From the NCBI GenBank assembly GCA_963771275.1, contig CAVYSW010000009.1, positions 396,882 through 460,881 on the forward strand: a stretch of 64,000 nt of DNA, read 5' to 3'. Below, piece by piece: positions 1 through 9,129 of the stretch. Position numbers and translations under genes: made by a program. The stretch comes from an uncultured Gemmatimonadales bacterium. GTDB lineage: Bacteria; Gemmatimonadota; Gemmatimonadetes; Gemmatimonadales; GWC2-71-9. The notes under the pieces are model-generated. The model was not told the DNA's origin. It did not search any database and was given only the letters and a program-made list of their open reading frames with translations. The number at the start of each line of letters is the position of its first letter. Position 1 is the first letter of the stretch.

Positions 1-7
1 GGATCGC

Positions 8-925
8 GTGGACTGGCACGGGTACACCCAGGTGCGCTTCACCGAAGGCAGCGACATCTCGAGCTTCGCGATCCGGCGCGCCAAGCTCTGGATCGAGGGC
101 CCCGTCCCGGTGAGCAAGCACTTCCACTTCAAGGTGCAGGGGCTCTTTCGGCCGGCGAACGCCGGCGCCTTCGTGCTCCAGGACGGCTACGCCGAGTATC
201 GCTGGGAGCTGGGGGCGGTGCGCGCGGGCCAGATGGTGCCCGATTTCGCCCTCGAGCGGCAGCAGCCGGACTACGACATACCGCTGGTGGAGCGCGCGGC
301 GGTCATCAACGTCTTGGTCCCGGCCGCGACGACCATGGCGCGGGACATCGGCGCGCAATTGACCATCGGACCCGCCAACGGACCGTGGCACGCGAGCGTG
401 GGCCTGTTCAACGGGAACGGCGCGAACCACCTGGCCAACGAGGACAAGCGGTTTCTGGCGACCGGCCGGGCGACGTACACCGCCCGCCTCGCGTCCGGTG
501 TCGCCTGGGAAGCGGGCGCCTCCGCTGCGTTCCGCCGGTCCGGCGGCATCGATCTCAGCGGCATGCTGGGTGAGGGCGAGCCATTTGCCGGCACCGATAC
601 CCGTTGGGGCGTCGAGAGTCGGGTGACGGCCCCGCGCTGGCACGTCCAGGGCGAGTATCTCCGAGCCACGCTGGACAGCACGACGGCCTGGGGCTGGTAC
701 GCCCTCGCGGCGTTTGCGGTCACGGCGAGGAACCAGATCGTGGTGTCCACCGAGCAGCTCCAGGTCCCGAATCCGGACATCCCGCGCCGGCCGTGGTACA
801 TCCTCGGCTTCAATCACCACATTGCGCGGGACCAGGCCAAGGTGATGCTCGACGGTCGGGCGCAATTCGAGGACCCGCGCACGAACTGGTCGGCGACGGC
901 GCAGTTCCAGCTGTTCTTCCACTGA
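8..925 (+). CDS. Outer-membrane porin, phosphate-selective porin O/P-like (probably 5'-truncated by the window edge)
   Basis: F-x-IRRAKL, LQDGY and GQM..F..E motifs typical of OprO/OprP-like porins; alternating beta-strand pattern; aromatic C-terminus (QFQLFFH); no signal peptide, so the true start is likely upstream of the window. Confidence 0.7.
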   Translation: MDWHGYTQVRFTEGSDISSFAIRRAKLWIEGPVPVSKHFHFKVQGLFRPANAGAFVLQDGYAEYRWELGAVRAGQMVPDFALERQQPDYDIPLVERAAVINVLVPAATTMARDIGAQLTIGPANGPWHASVGLFNGNGANHLANEDKRFLATGRATYTARLASGVAWEAGASAAFRRSGGIDLSGMLGEGEPFAGTDTRWGVESRVTAPRWHVQGEYLRATLDSTTAWGWYALAAFAVTARNQIVVSTEQLQVPNPDIPRRPWYILGFNHHIARDQAKVMLDGRAQFEDPRTNWSATAQFQLFFH

Positions 926-936
926 GGTGTCGGTAG

Positions 937-1520
937 ATGACACGAATACATAGATCGCCCGGCTGGCATCGCTGGCTCGCAGGCCGTCCCTCGGTTTCGG
1001 TGGAGAGAACCATGGTCGCGATGCTGCTGTCGAGCGTGTTGGCCTCCGCTCCCGTCTCGGCGCAAGCGCCGGGCGCGGCGCCCACCGACTCGACACTGCG
1101 TGCCGCGCCGCCGAGCAGCGACGTGACCCAGGCCAACAAGCTGCTCGGAACGCTCATGAGCCCGTTCTGCCCGGGGCTCACGCTCGCCAACTGTCCCAGC
1201 GTCTACGCCGAGACGCTCCGGGTCTCGGTGCGGGAACGCCTCGACGCCGGCCAGGCGCCGGACTCGATCGTGGAGTCGCTGGTCGCCGCGTTCGGTGAGG
1301 GGATTCGGGGCGCGCCGCGGCCGCAGGGCTGGGGCTCGTCCTGTGGGCGCTCCCCGCCGTCGTGGTGGGTGTCGGCGGAATCGCCGTGCTGTGGTGGTTG
1401 CGAACCCGTGGCGTGCCTGCGGCCACGGTCCCGTCGCAGGGACACAGCGGTGCCGTGGGTTCCCCGGTCACCCCTGGCAACCTCGCCCGGCTGCAGGCCG
1501 AACTCCGGAACTTGGAATGA
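937..1520 (+). CDS. ccmH: CcmH/NrfF-like cytochrome c biogenesis family protein (1-nt frameshift at G4 run 1331-1334)
   Basis: Signal peptide, LMSPFCPGLTLANCPS, then IVESLVAAFGEGIRGAP. Adding one G restores the TM helix GWGLVLWALPAVVVGVGGIAVLWW and a TGA at 1518-1520 that overlaps the next ATG. Alternative start at 1012. Confidence 0.65.
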
Positions 1521-2484
1521 GCGACGCCGTCACGCCTCCGCCCGGGGCGGACGTCCAACGGTCACGTACACGCGACATGCCGGCGCCGCTCGAGACCCGT
1601 CACCCCGAGCCCGACGTCTCGGTCACCCGCCTCCTGATCACGATGGTGCTCAATTTCGCGATCACGATCGCGGAGATCGCCGGCGGCCTGCTGTCGGGCA
1701 GCCTCTCCCTCGTCTCGGACGCCCTGCACAACTTCTCCGACGGTATCGCCATCATCATCACGTATCTGGCGATCCGGCTCAAGCGGCGGGAGAAATCACT
1801 CAAGCACACGTTCGGCCTGAAGCGGGCCGAGATCCTGGCGGCCGTGATCAACGCCGCCGTGCTGCTCACGATCTCGCTCTACCTGTTCGATGAGGCCGCC
1901 CAGCGGCTGATCCCATCCGGCCCCCGTGCAGGGCGGCCTGATGGCGGGGGTGGCCCTGCTCGGCCTGGCGGCCAACGTGGTGGGGACCTTGCTGCTGCGG
2001 CCGGACGCCGCCCACAGCCTGAACGTGCGCTCGGCGTACCTCCATCTCCTCAGCGACGCCGCCTCCTCGGTGGGGGTCGTGCTCGGTGGCCTCGCGGTTG
2101 TCGTCTGGCGCGTCTATTGGGTCGATCCCGATCCTCACACTGCTCATCGGCCTCTACGTGCTGCGAGAGAGCTTCCGAATCCTGTCGCAGGCCGTTCACG
2201 TTCTGATGGAAGGCGCGCCGCCGGGGATCGACCTGCAAGCGCTGCGCGATGCCGTCGAGGCGCTCCCGGAGGTCGACGACATCCATCATCTCCACGTGTG
2301 GACGGTAGGGGAGAACGACATCCATCTGGAGGCCCATCTCAACGTGCAGGACATGCGGATCAGCGAGGGGGGCGAACTCCGCCGGGCCATCGAGATCATG
2401 CTGCGGGCGTCGTTCGGCATCAACCACGTGACCATCCAGCTGGAATGCGGGCAGTGCCGGGAGGTGGGGTTGATCAAGGGATAG
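1517..2484 (+). CDS. czcD: Cation diffusion facilitator (CzcD/ZitB-like Zn/Co/Cd efflux), with two 1-nt frameshifts (CCC at 1912-1914 and 2127-2129)
   Basis: SLSLVSDALHNFSD, TFGLKRAEILAA, LNVRSAYLHLLSD, DPILTLLI, IHHLHVW and FGINHVTIQLE are spread over three frames and rejoin when one C is removed at each site. Confidence 0.85.
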
Positions 2485-2503
2485 CCGCGTCCGCTCCGTG
2501 GCC

Positions 2504-3715
2504 TCAGACCCCCGCCTCACCGCCGGGGTCTCGGAGCGTCGGCGCCGCCGTGGCCGCCCGGTCTGTCGCTGAGGCATCGGTGTTGACGAGCGTGGCACGC
2601 CGCCCGAGCCACGCCAGTACGGTCCCCAGCACGATCCCGACCAGATAGCCGTAGGGGAGCCCCACCGCCGTGAGTCCCACGAGCACCGTCACCGGGAAGT
2701 CGCGGCCAGACGGCGCGACGTCGCGCACGAGCCAGATGAGCCCCAACCCCTCGAACAGGAGCAGAACGCCGAGGACGGGGAGCGGGAAGGCCCGCACGAT
2801 CTGGTCCATGCCTGGCCCGAACAGCACGCCGAGGGTGACGAACACCGAACCGTAGATGACGACGGACCCGCCGGTCCGGCCGCCGAAGGTGTAGTGCCCC
2901 ACCATCCCGCCCGACCCGTGGCACGTCGGCACGCCTCCCAGCCAAGGATTGACGAGGTTCATCACGGCGTAGGTGAGCCCGATCTTGCGGATCGTGATCC
3001 GGCGCTCGGGGAACAGATCCTTGGCCAGCTGGTGGGTGGCGAGCACCGAGTTGCCCAGCGAGAGGGGGATCTGCGGCAGGGCGAGCAGCACGAAGCCGGT
3101 GGCGATGTCGGCGAGCCGAGGGATGTGCGTGGACGGGAGGTGCAGCCCTACACTCGCGGCCACGCTGTCGGGGTCCAACCGGAATGCCGCATACACCAGC
3201 CCGAGCGCCACGACGGGTAGGGCCGCCGGAAGCCGGCGACTTCCCAGCAGCAGCACCACCACAGTGAACGCGGCGCCGGCAAGCCAGTATCCAGATACGC
3301 CCTCCGCCCGCACGTAGTTCTGGAGCGCGATGCCCGCGAGCTGGAGGCCCAGGCCGAACTGAATCCCGCGCACCACGCTCTTGGGGATGACGCGTGCCAG
3401 CCAGGTAAGCAGGCCGGTGGACGCCAGGAGCAGCATGACGACGCCAATGGCGAGCCCGGCGCCGTACAGGACCGGCGCCGGCGTCTGCTGGGCGATGACG
3501 ATGGCGGCCATGGCCTTGAGCGGCTGGACCGGCATGGGCATGCGGTACACCAAGCCGGTCAGGATCTGCATGGCGCCGAACATGATCAGCACGCTGGCGC
3601 CGCCCAGCTGCGCGGCCAGGGCGACGCCGACCAGGAGGGGAACGTCGGTGCCCATGTCACCGAAGGCGCCGGCCAGCTCGTGGCGGTTGAAGCGGATGCG
3701 CGGGGGTGGGATCAT
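2504..3715 (-). CDS. Putative sulfate/molybdate transporter (MOT1 family)
   Basis: ELAGAFGDMGT, PMPVQPLKA and CHGSGGMVGHYTFGGRTG motifs; multiple TM helices; start taken at MIPPPR. Confidence 0.8.
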   Translation of the reverse strand: MIPPPRIRFNRHELAGAFGDMGTDVPLLVGVALAAQLGGASVLIMFGAMQILTGLVYRMPMPVQPLKAMAAIVIAQQTPAPVLYGAGLAIGVVMLLLASTGLLTWLARVIPKSVVRGIQFGLGLQLAGIALQNYVRAEGVSGYWLAGAAFTVVVLLLGSRRLPAALPVVALGLVYAAFRLDPDSVAASVGLHLPSTHIPRLADIATGFVLLALPQIPLSLGNSVLATHQLAKDLFPERRITIRKIGLTYAVMNLVNPWLGGVPTCHGSGGMVGHYTFGGRTGGSVVIYGSVFVTLGVLFGPGMDQIVRAFPLPVLGVLLLFEGLGLIWLVRDVAPSGRDFPVTVLVGLTAVGLPYGYLVGIVLGTVLAWLGRRATLVNTDASATDRAATAAPTLRDPGGEAGV

Positions 3716-3840
3716 GCGGCCAAGGTGCAGCGCCCGTGCCGGAACGTCCAGCACCCCCGTGCCGCGGGGCTCAGGCGCCACGGTGGCCGGGCCGAATGCC
3801 TCACCGCCCTCCGCCAACGGCTCCGCCCGGGGAAAAGGGC

Positions 3841-5628
3841 TCAGGCAGACCGGATCGCGACCTTCCCGTCACCCCCGATCAGCCCCCGCAGCGCCTCCTC
3901 CCCCACCGGCGGCTCGGCCAGCCGCGGCGTCACGTACACCCGTGCGGCGCGGTCGCGCACTGCCGCGATCGGCTCGCGCTCGGCCGCGGCCCGGCGGCGC
4001 AGGAGCCCATCGCGCGGGCCCGCCGCGGCGAGACTGCCGTTGATCACCCAGCCATGCGGCGTAATGCCGGCTCGCTCGAGATCCTCCGCCAGCGCCGCCG
4101 CTTCCAGCACCGGGGTCGTCTCCGCCAGCGTCACCAGCAGGATCTTCGTGTACTCGGCGTCCCGCAGCCGCATGAGCGGCGTCGTGACCCGCAGCGATTT
4201 CTCCTCGGCGTGGCGCAGGACCTCCCGATGGTACGCGCCCGCCGCGTCGAGCAGCAGCAGCGTGTGCCCGGTGGGCGCCGTGTCCATGATCACCACCTCC
4301 CGCGCCGCCGCCGAGACAAGCCGCGAGAAGGCGTGGAACACCGCCACCTCGTCGGTACACGGCGAGCGCAGGTCCTCCTCCAGCAGGGCCCGGCCATCGT
4401 CGTCCAGCGTCGCGCCCACGCGCTCGAGCACCTTGCGGCGATACGCCGCCGCCTCGGCCTCGGGATCGATCCGGCTGATGCGCAACCGCGCCCCGCCGTC
4501 TCCGACGGTCTCCGCCACGTGCGCGGCCGGGTCGGTGGTCGTGAGGTGCACGGCCACGCCCCGGGCCGCCAGCTCCACGGCCAGCGCCGAGGCGATGGTC
4601 GTCTTGCCGACCCCGCCCTTGCCCATCACCATGACCAGCCCGCGCCCGCGCGCCTCGAGCTGCGCGACGAGATCCTCCAGCGCCTCCGTGCCGGCGATCG
4701 CGGTCCCGCCGTCGTCGGACCAGGGCACGACGACTGCCGCGTCGGGCCCGTCGGAGAGGAACGCACGGAGCGCCGGGAGCCCAACCACGTTGTCGGCGCG
4801 AAGCGGGACGTCGGTGCGGGGCAGCGCGGAAAGCTCCTCCGGCATCTGCTCCAAGGCCTCGCGGCCGGACGCCTCGATGGCCACGGCGAGCGGATCGGAC
4901 CGATCCGTGGCCAGGAACACGCCGTTCACCACCAGATGCTGGTTGCTGAGGCCCAGCGCCGCCAACTCGCCGCTGGTGCGCGCGGCCTCGGCCAGCGTCG
5001 CCCGTTCCGGACGGGCCACCAGGATCAGCCGCGTCCGGTTCGCGTCGGCCAGCGCCGCCACCGCCTCGCGGTACCGGTCGCGCTGCATCGTGAGGCCGGA
5101 CGCCGGCCCGAGGCAGGAGGCGCCACGCTCGTTGCTGTCGAGGAAGTCCGTCCACGCCGCGGGGAGCCGCAGCAGGCGCAGCGTATGGCCGGTGGGAGCC
5201 GTGTCGAAGATGACGTGGTCGAACTCGGCGGCGACGTCGCCCGTCAGCAGGCCGGTGAACTCGTCGAACGCCGCCACCTCCACCGTGCACGCGCCCGACA
5301 GCTGCTCCTCCATGCCCGCCACCGCGTCCGCCGGCAGCGTGCCGCGGTACGGGCCCACCACCCGCTCGCGGTACTGCCGCGCCGCCTCCTCGGGGTCGAT
5401 GTTGAGTCCCCAGAGATTCGGCACGCCCGCCACCGCGGTGGGGGCCTGGCCAAGCCGCGTGCCGAGCACATCATCGAGGTTCGAGGCGGGATCGGTGCTC
5501 ACGAGCAGCACCCGCTCACCCTGCCCCGCCAGGCGTACGGCGGTCGCCGACGCCAGCGATGTCTTGCCGACCCCGCCCTTCCCCGTGAAGAAGAGGAATC
5601 GCGGCGCGTCCTCCATGAACGGGGTCAT
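3841..5628 (-). CDS. arsA: Arsenical pump-driving ATPase ArsA
   Basis: Two GKGGVGKT P-loops, two DTAPTGH motifs, metal-site Cys in SGACT, SCLGP and SPCT; ATG overlaps the arsD stop. Confidence 0.95.
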   Translation of the reverse strand: MTPFMEDAPRFLFFTGKGGVGKTSLASATAVRLAGQGERVLLVSTDPASNLDDVLGTRLGQAPTAVAGVPNLWGLNIDPEEAARQYRERVVGPYRGTLPADAVAGMEEQLSGACTVEVAAFDEFTGLLTGDVAAEFDHVIFDTAPTGHTLRLLRLPAAWTDFLDSNERGASCLGPASGLTMQRDRYREAVAALADANRTRLILVARPERATLAEAARTSGELAALGLSNQHLVVNGVFLATDRSDPLAVAIEASGREALEQMPEELSALPRTDVPLRADNVVGLPALRAFLSDGPDAAVVVPWSDDGGTAIAGTEALEDLVAQLEARGRGLVMVMGKGGVGKTTIASALAVELAARGVAVHLTTTDPAAHVAETVGDGGARLRISRIDPEAEAAAYRRKVLERVGATLDDDGRALLEEDLRSPCTDEVAVFHAFSRLVSAAAREVVIMDTAPTGHTLLLLDAAGAYHREVLRHAEEKSLRVTTPLMRLRDAEYTKILLVTLAETTPVLEAAALAEDLERAGITPHGWVINGSLAAAGPRDGLLRRRAAAEREPIAAVRDRAARVYVTPRLAEPPVGEEALRGLIGGDGKVAIRSA

Positions 5629-5972
5629 GCGTGGTCGTGCCCAGCAACCGCCGGCGCCAGGCCCACGAGGGCCGCCAGCGCGGACCGCGCGGGATAGCCG
5701 CCGGACGCCACGACGTCCCCTCGCCAGAGCACGAGCGGCAGGGACGCCGTGCCCTGTTGCTGGAGGGTGCGCCGCACCACCGCGTTGGCGACGAACGCCT
5801 GCGCCTCCTGTGACAGGTTGTAGCGCCGCACGTCCACCCCGCGCGCGCGCAGCCATTCCAGGTCCGCGGCGAACCGCGGCAGCGCCGGATCCACCTCCAC
5901 ACCACAGACGCCGCTGGGGCAGCACATGGGCGGATCGAAGATCTCCAGTCGCTCCGGCTTCATACCTCCCAT
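5625..5972 (-). CDS. arsD: Arsenite metallochaperone ArsD
   Basis: IFDPPMCCPSGVCG, RYNL..E...F..N and GYP motifs; immediately upstream of arsA. Confidence 0.95.
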   Translation of the reverse strand: MGGMKPERLEIFDPPMCCPSGVCGVEVDPALPRFAADLEWLRARGVDVRRYNLSQEAQAFVANAVVRRTLQQQGTASLPLVLWRGDVVASGGYPARSALAALVGLAPAVAGHDHA

Positions 5973-5986
5973 ACGTCCTTCCCTCC

Positions 5987-6751
5987 TCAGCCCGTGCGTC
6001 CCGGCGGCGCACCGCCGGTCCGGAGATAGTCCGCGAACTCATCGGGCAGATCGCTCGCCCGGATCCCCCTCGTCGCCCGCTCGAGGTCGTACTCCACGCG
6101 GACGAGTTCGGGTGTGGCCTTGCCATCCTCGAAATCGAGCAGGACGTATCCGGCCCGCCAATCGCCGTCCTTGGGCCGGCCCACCGAGCCGGTGTTCACG
6201 AAGTGGATCCCCTCGATCTCGCGATGCCAGGGCTTGTGCGTGTGTCCGAACGCGATCACGTCTCCAGGCCTGGCTCCGGCGATGCCCGCCATCCTGAGGC
6301 AGAAGCTGTCCGGCCGATCCTCGGTCCAGTAAACGGTATTGAGCGTGGGCGTACCGTGCACCAGGATCAGCGTGGCTCCCGACTGATGACCGCCCCCCAG
6401 GCGGACGTCCAGCCGGAAGGGGAGCGTCCTGAGGAACCGCTTCGTCTCGGCGTTCACGTGGCGGCGGGTCCAGTCGTAGCTGAGGTGCGACAGCTCCTCC
6501 TGGCGTGGATCCTCGTACTTGCAGCCGCAGTGCTTGTAGTCGGTGGCGACCGTCGAGTCGTAGTTGCCGGCGATCCCGGCAATCCCGGCGTCGCGCAGGA
6601 GGGCCACCGTCTCGTCCGGCCATGGCGCGTAGCCGACCAGATCGCCCAGGTGATAGGTGGCCGTGATGCCGTCCCTGGCCGCGAGGTCCGCGAGCACCGC
6701 CTCGAGCGCCGGGGCGTTGGCGTGGACGTCCGAGATGAGCGCGTACTTCAT
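5987..6751 (-). CDS. Metallophosphoesterase (calcineurin-like) carrying an HCGC motif
   Basis: ISDVHAN, LGDLVGY, GNYD, VHG, FGHTH, NTGSVG motifs; ATG overlaps the acr3 stop. Confidence 0.9.
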   Translation of the reverse strand: MKYALISDVHANAPALEAVLADLAARDGITATYHLGDLVGYAPWPDETVALLRDAGIAGIAGNYDSTVATDYKHCGCKYEDPRQEELSHLSYDWTRRHVNAETKRFLRTLPFRLDVRLGGGHQSGATLILVHGTPTLNTVYWTEDRPDSFCLRMAGIAGARPGDVIAFGHTHKPWHREIEGIHFVNTGSVGRPKDGDWRAGYVLLDFEDGKATPELVRVEYDLERATRGIRASDLPDEFADYLRTGGAPPGRTG

Positions 6752-7821
6752 GCCGTCTGCTCCACGCCGTCGAACCAGTGCCTGGTCGCGACACAGACGT
6801 GGCACACCGACAGCATCACGGGCACCTCCACGAGCACGCCCACCACGGTGGCCAGCGCGGCTCCCGAATCGGCGCCGTACAGGGCGATGGCCGTGGCCAC
6901 GGCCAGCTCGAAGAAGTTGGACGCGCCAATCAAAGCACCCGGGGCGGCGACCGGATACGGCACCTTGAACAGCCGCATCAGCCCGTACGTGAGCGAGGAG
7001 TTGAAGTAGACCTGAATGAGAATCGGAATGGCGATCAACACCACGTGGAACCAGCGCGTCGTGATGTTCTCGGCCTGGAAGGCGAAGATGAGGACGAGCG
7101 TGGTGAGTAGGGCCAGCACCGTGACCGGGGCGAAGAGCGCGACGTACCGGCCGTTGAACCACTCCACGCCCTTGCGGGCGATCAGCGTCCGCCGGCTGAT
7201 CGAGCCCGCCGCGAGCGGGATCACCACGAAGATGATCACGGAATAGAGGAGTACCTCGAACGGCACCTGGAGACCCGAGGCGCCGGACACGAGGAGCTTC
7301 ACGACCGGCGCGAACGCGACCAGCATGATGAGGTCGTTGACCGAGACCTGCACCAGCGTGTAGGCCGGATCGCCATCGGCCAGATACGACCACACGAACA
7401 CCATGGCCGTGCACGGCGCCGCTGCGAGGATGATCACGCCCGCGATGTACTGGCTCGCCAGCTCTTGCCCGATCAGCGGCAGGAACAGGTGGCGGAAGAA
7501 CAGCCAGCCGAAGAACGCCATCGAGAAGGGCTTCACGAGCCAGTTCACGAACACGGTCACGAACAGGCCCCTGGGACGCTTGCCGACGTGCTTGATCGAG
7601 GCGAAGTCGATCTTGAGCATCATGGGGTAGATCATGAGCCAGATCAGGACGGCGATGGGCGCGTTGATGTGGCTCCCCTCCCCGAACTCGAGCCCCCGGA
7701 TCACGCCGACGAACCCGGGGAACGATTTCCCGATCACGACGCCGAGGACCATGCAGAGCGCCACCCAGAGGCTCAGGTAGCGCTCGAACACGTTCATCTG
7801 CTTGGCACCCTGAGCCGTCAT
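6748..7821 (-). CDS. acr3: Acr3-family arsenite efflux transporter
   Basis: FERYLSLWV, NWLVKPFSM, APCTAMV, GASNFFELAVA and GVLVEVPVM motifs. Confidence 0.95.
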   Translation of the reverse strand: MTAQGAKQMNVFERYLSLWVALCMVLGVVIGKSFPGFVGVIRGLEFGEGSHINAPIAVLIWLMIYPMMLKIDFASIKHVGKRPRGLFVTVFVNWLVKPFSMAFFGWLFFRHLFLPLIGQELASQYIAGVIILAAAPCTAMVFVWSYLADGDPAYTLVQVSVNDLIMLVAFAPVVKLLVSGASGLQVPFEVLLYSVIIFVVIPLAAGSISRRTLIARKGVEWFNGRYVALFAPVTVLALLTTLVLIFAFQAENITTRWFHVVLIAIPILIQVYFNSSLTYGLMRLFKVPYPVAAPGALIGASNFFELAVATAIALYGADSGAALATVVGVLVEVPVMLSVCHVCVATRHWFDGVEQTA

Positions 7822-8237
7822 TCTCTGGCTCCCGCGGCATGAAGAATGGGTCGCGTAATGCCCAATTCGGCGAGGTCGAGGTCCAGCCGGCACAACTCGA
7901 CGACATCCACCGCTCGAAGCTGGCGCAGCACCGCCGTGTCAGCGCGGACCATCGGGTCGGCGCGCAGCCTGGACCACACCTGCTCGAGAACCCCGACGGC
8001 GTCGGCTTGGTCACTCAGACGGTAGTGCACCCAACGCCCTTCCTTCCGTTCCGCGATCAGACCTCCGCGCCTGAGCTCAGCCAGGTGGGCTGACACGGTG
8101 GAGGGGGAGAGATCGAGGACCGCGGCAATCTGGCAGCCGCACAGCTCGCCGGGACGGAGCATCGCGAGAACGCGCAGGCGGGCGGGGTGCGCCAGGGCCT
8201 TGAAGGTCTGCACGAGGTCCGAAAGCGAAGCAGCCAC
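7818..8237 (-). CDS. arsR: ArsR/SmtB-family repressor heading the ars operon
   Basis: FKALAHPARLR, ELCGCQI, STVSAHL and RKEGRWVHY; GTG start with GGAG RBS. Confidence 0.9.
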   Translation of the reverse strand: MAASLSDLVQTFKALAHPARLRVLAMLRPGELCGCQIAAVLDLSPSTVSAHLAELRRGGLIAERKEGRWVHYRLSDQADAVGVLEQVWSRLRADPMVRADTAVLRQLRAVDVVELCRLDLDLAELGITRPILHAAGARE

Positions 8238-8273
8238 GATGACTCCATTTCGTTACTTGGCCAACTGACGCAT

Positions 8274-8302
8274 ATTATGGACGCAGGTGAAACGGGAGTC
8301 AA
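8274..8302 (-). promoter_or_regulatory. Sigma70-type promoter of the ars operon
   Basis: Minus strand TTGACT-N17-CATAAT; an imperfect palindrome ATTTCG..CCAACT (~8247-8266) between the promoter and the start may be the ArsR operator. Confidence 0.65.
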
Positions 8303-8599
8303 GGCCCGGCACACCAGCCGGCCACCCGGGCCGCGCCCGGTCCCACCCGTCACCACGGTCATCGCCATGACGCCGTCCGCGGGCAACCGGAAGCTCGCTG
8401 CCGTCCGGAGTCATCAGAGCCAGCGGCATCTCCAGACGGACACGCCCGCATCGCGCGCGCTCATTGTGGAAGCACCGGAACATTTCCACCGCGCGGCGCC
8501 TCGCGCCGACATGCGGACCCTCGAAACCACGCTCGAGGACCTGCTGCCGGCCCTGCGTCAAGCCGCACGTCACGGCCGCAGCCGTCAGGAAGCCCTCCG

Positions 8600-9061
8600 A
8601 TGACGACCCGCTCGTCGGTCGCGCCCTCGGTGGCGGCCCGCCGCTTCGGCGCGCTTGCCGATCCCACCAGACTGCGGATCGTCACCCTCATGGTGCAGGG
8701 GGAATGGTGCGTGTGCGAGCTGGCCTCGGCGGTCGGCCTCGCGCAGCCGCTCGCCTCGTACCACCTGAGGGCGCTGCGACGGGCCGGATTCCTCCACGTC
8801 AGGCGCGAGGGTCGCTGGCACTACTACGCCTTGAACCGGGAGCAGTTCGAGGGGTGCCAGGCGTGGATTCGTAACACACTCGAAGGGATTGACGAATCCG
8901 CTCACCTCGGGCGGCGGTGCTGCAGCACTGGAGCAAGGCCCAACGTGCCTTCGGCACATGCCGAGGCTGTGGCCGACGTGATGCCGTTAGGACGGCGAGT
9001 CCCGACGAGAGACCCCTCCAGGGCACGGCGCCCCGACGCACGCGCCAGCACTGACAGCTAA
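8600..9061 (+). CDS. Second ArsR/SmtB-family regulator
   Basis: FGALADPTRLRI, EWCVCEL, ASYHLRALRRAG, RREGRWHYY and a C-terminal CC pair. Confidence 0.85.
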   Translation: MTTRSSVAPSVAARRFGALADPTRLRIVTLMVQGEWCVCELASAVGLAQPLASYHLRALRRAGFLHVRREGRWHYYALNREQFEGCQAWIRNTLEGIDESAHLGRRCCSTGARPNVPSAHAEAVADVMPLGRRVPTRDPSRARRPDARASTDS

Positions 9062-9069
9062 CTCCCGCC

Positions 9070-9107
9070 GTTACAACCTTGTAACCGGCTCGTGGCCGGC
9101 GCTTGAC
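9070..9107 (+). promoter_or_regulatory. Putative Pho box (11-bp-phased repeats) upstream of the GT4 operon
   Basis: GTTAC 9070, GTAAC 9081, GTGGC 9092, TTGAC 9103. Confidence 0.55.
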
Positions 9108-9129
9108 GAGCCGGGCACAAGCTACATCC

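Noticed and set aside
937..2484. Programmed ribosomal frameshifting in ccmH/czcD (also considered for tricorn)
   Set aside because: No slippery heptamers; the indels lie in short G/C runs and occur in both directions, which fits sequencing error better
3680..7009. 1109-aa plus-strand ORF and similar long ORFs (3706-5697, 11599-13977, 26052-27617, 30710-33202, 40983-42974, 51031-53427)
   Set aside because: Antisense or off-frame shadows of well-supported genes, typical of high-GC DNA; Arg/Ala/Pro-rich with no motifs
5987..8014. 675-aa fusion ORF ending in the metallophosphoesterase
   Set aside because: The N-terminal 420 aa are an off-frame reading of arsR/acr3; the real start is the ATG at 6751 overlapping the acr3 stop
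5625..8237. Selenocysteine read-through at TGA codons in the ars genes
   Set aside because: The TGA stops fall at expected C-termini and form ATGA overlaps with the next genes; no Cys-aligned internal TGA was seen
9068..9088. GTTACA-N4-TGTAAC read as a palindromic repressor or CRP/NtcA-like site
   Set aside because: Better explained as two 11-bp-spaced direct repeats matching four other promoters in the island, though a dual role cannot be excluded
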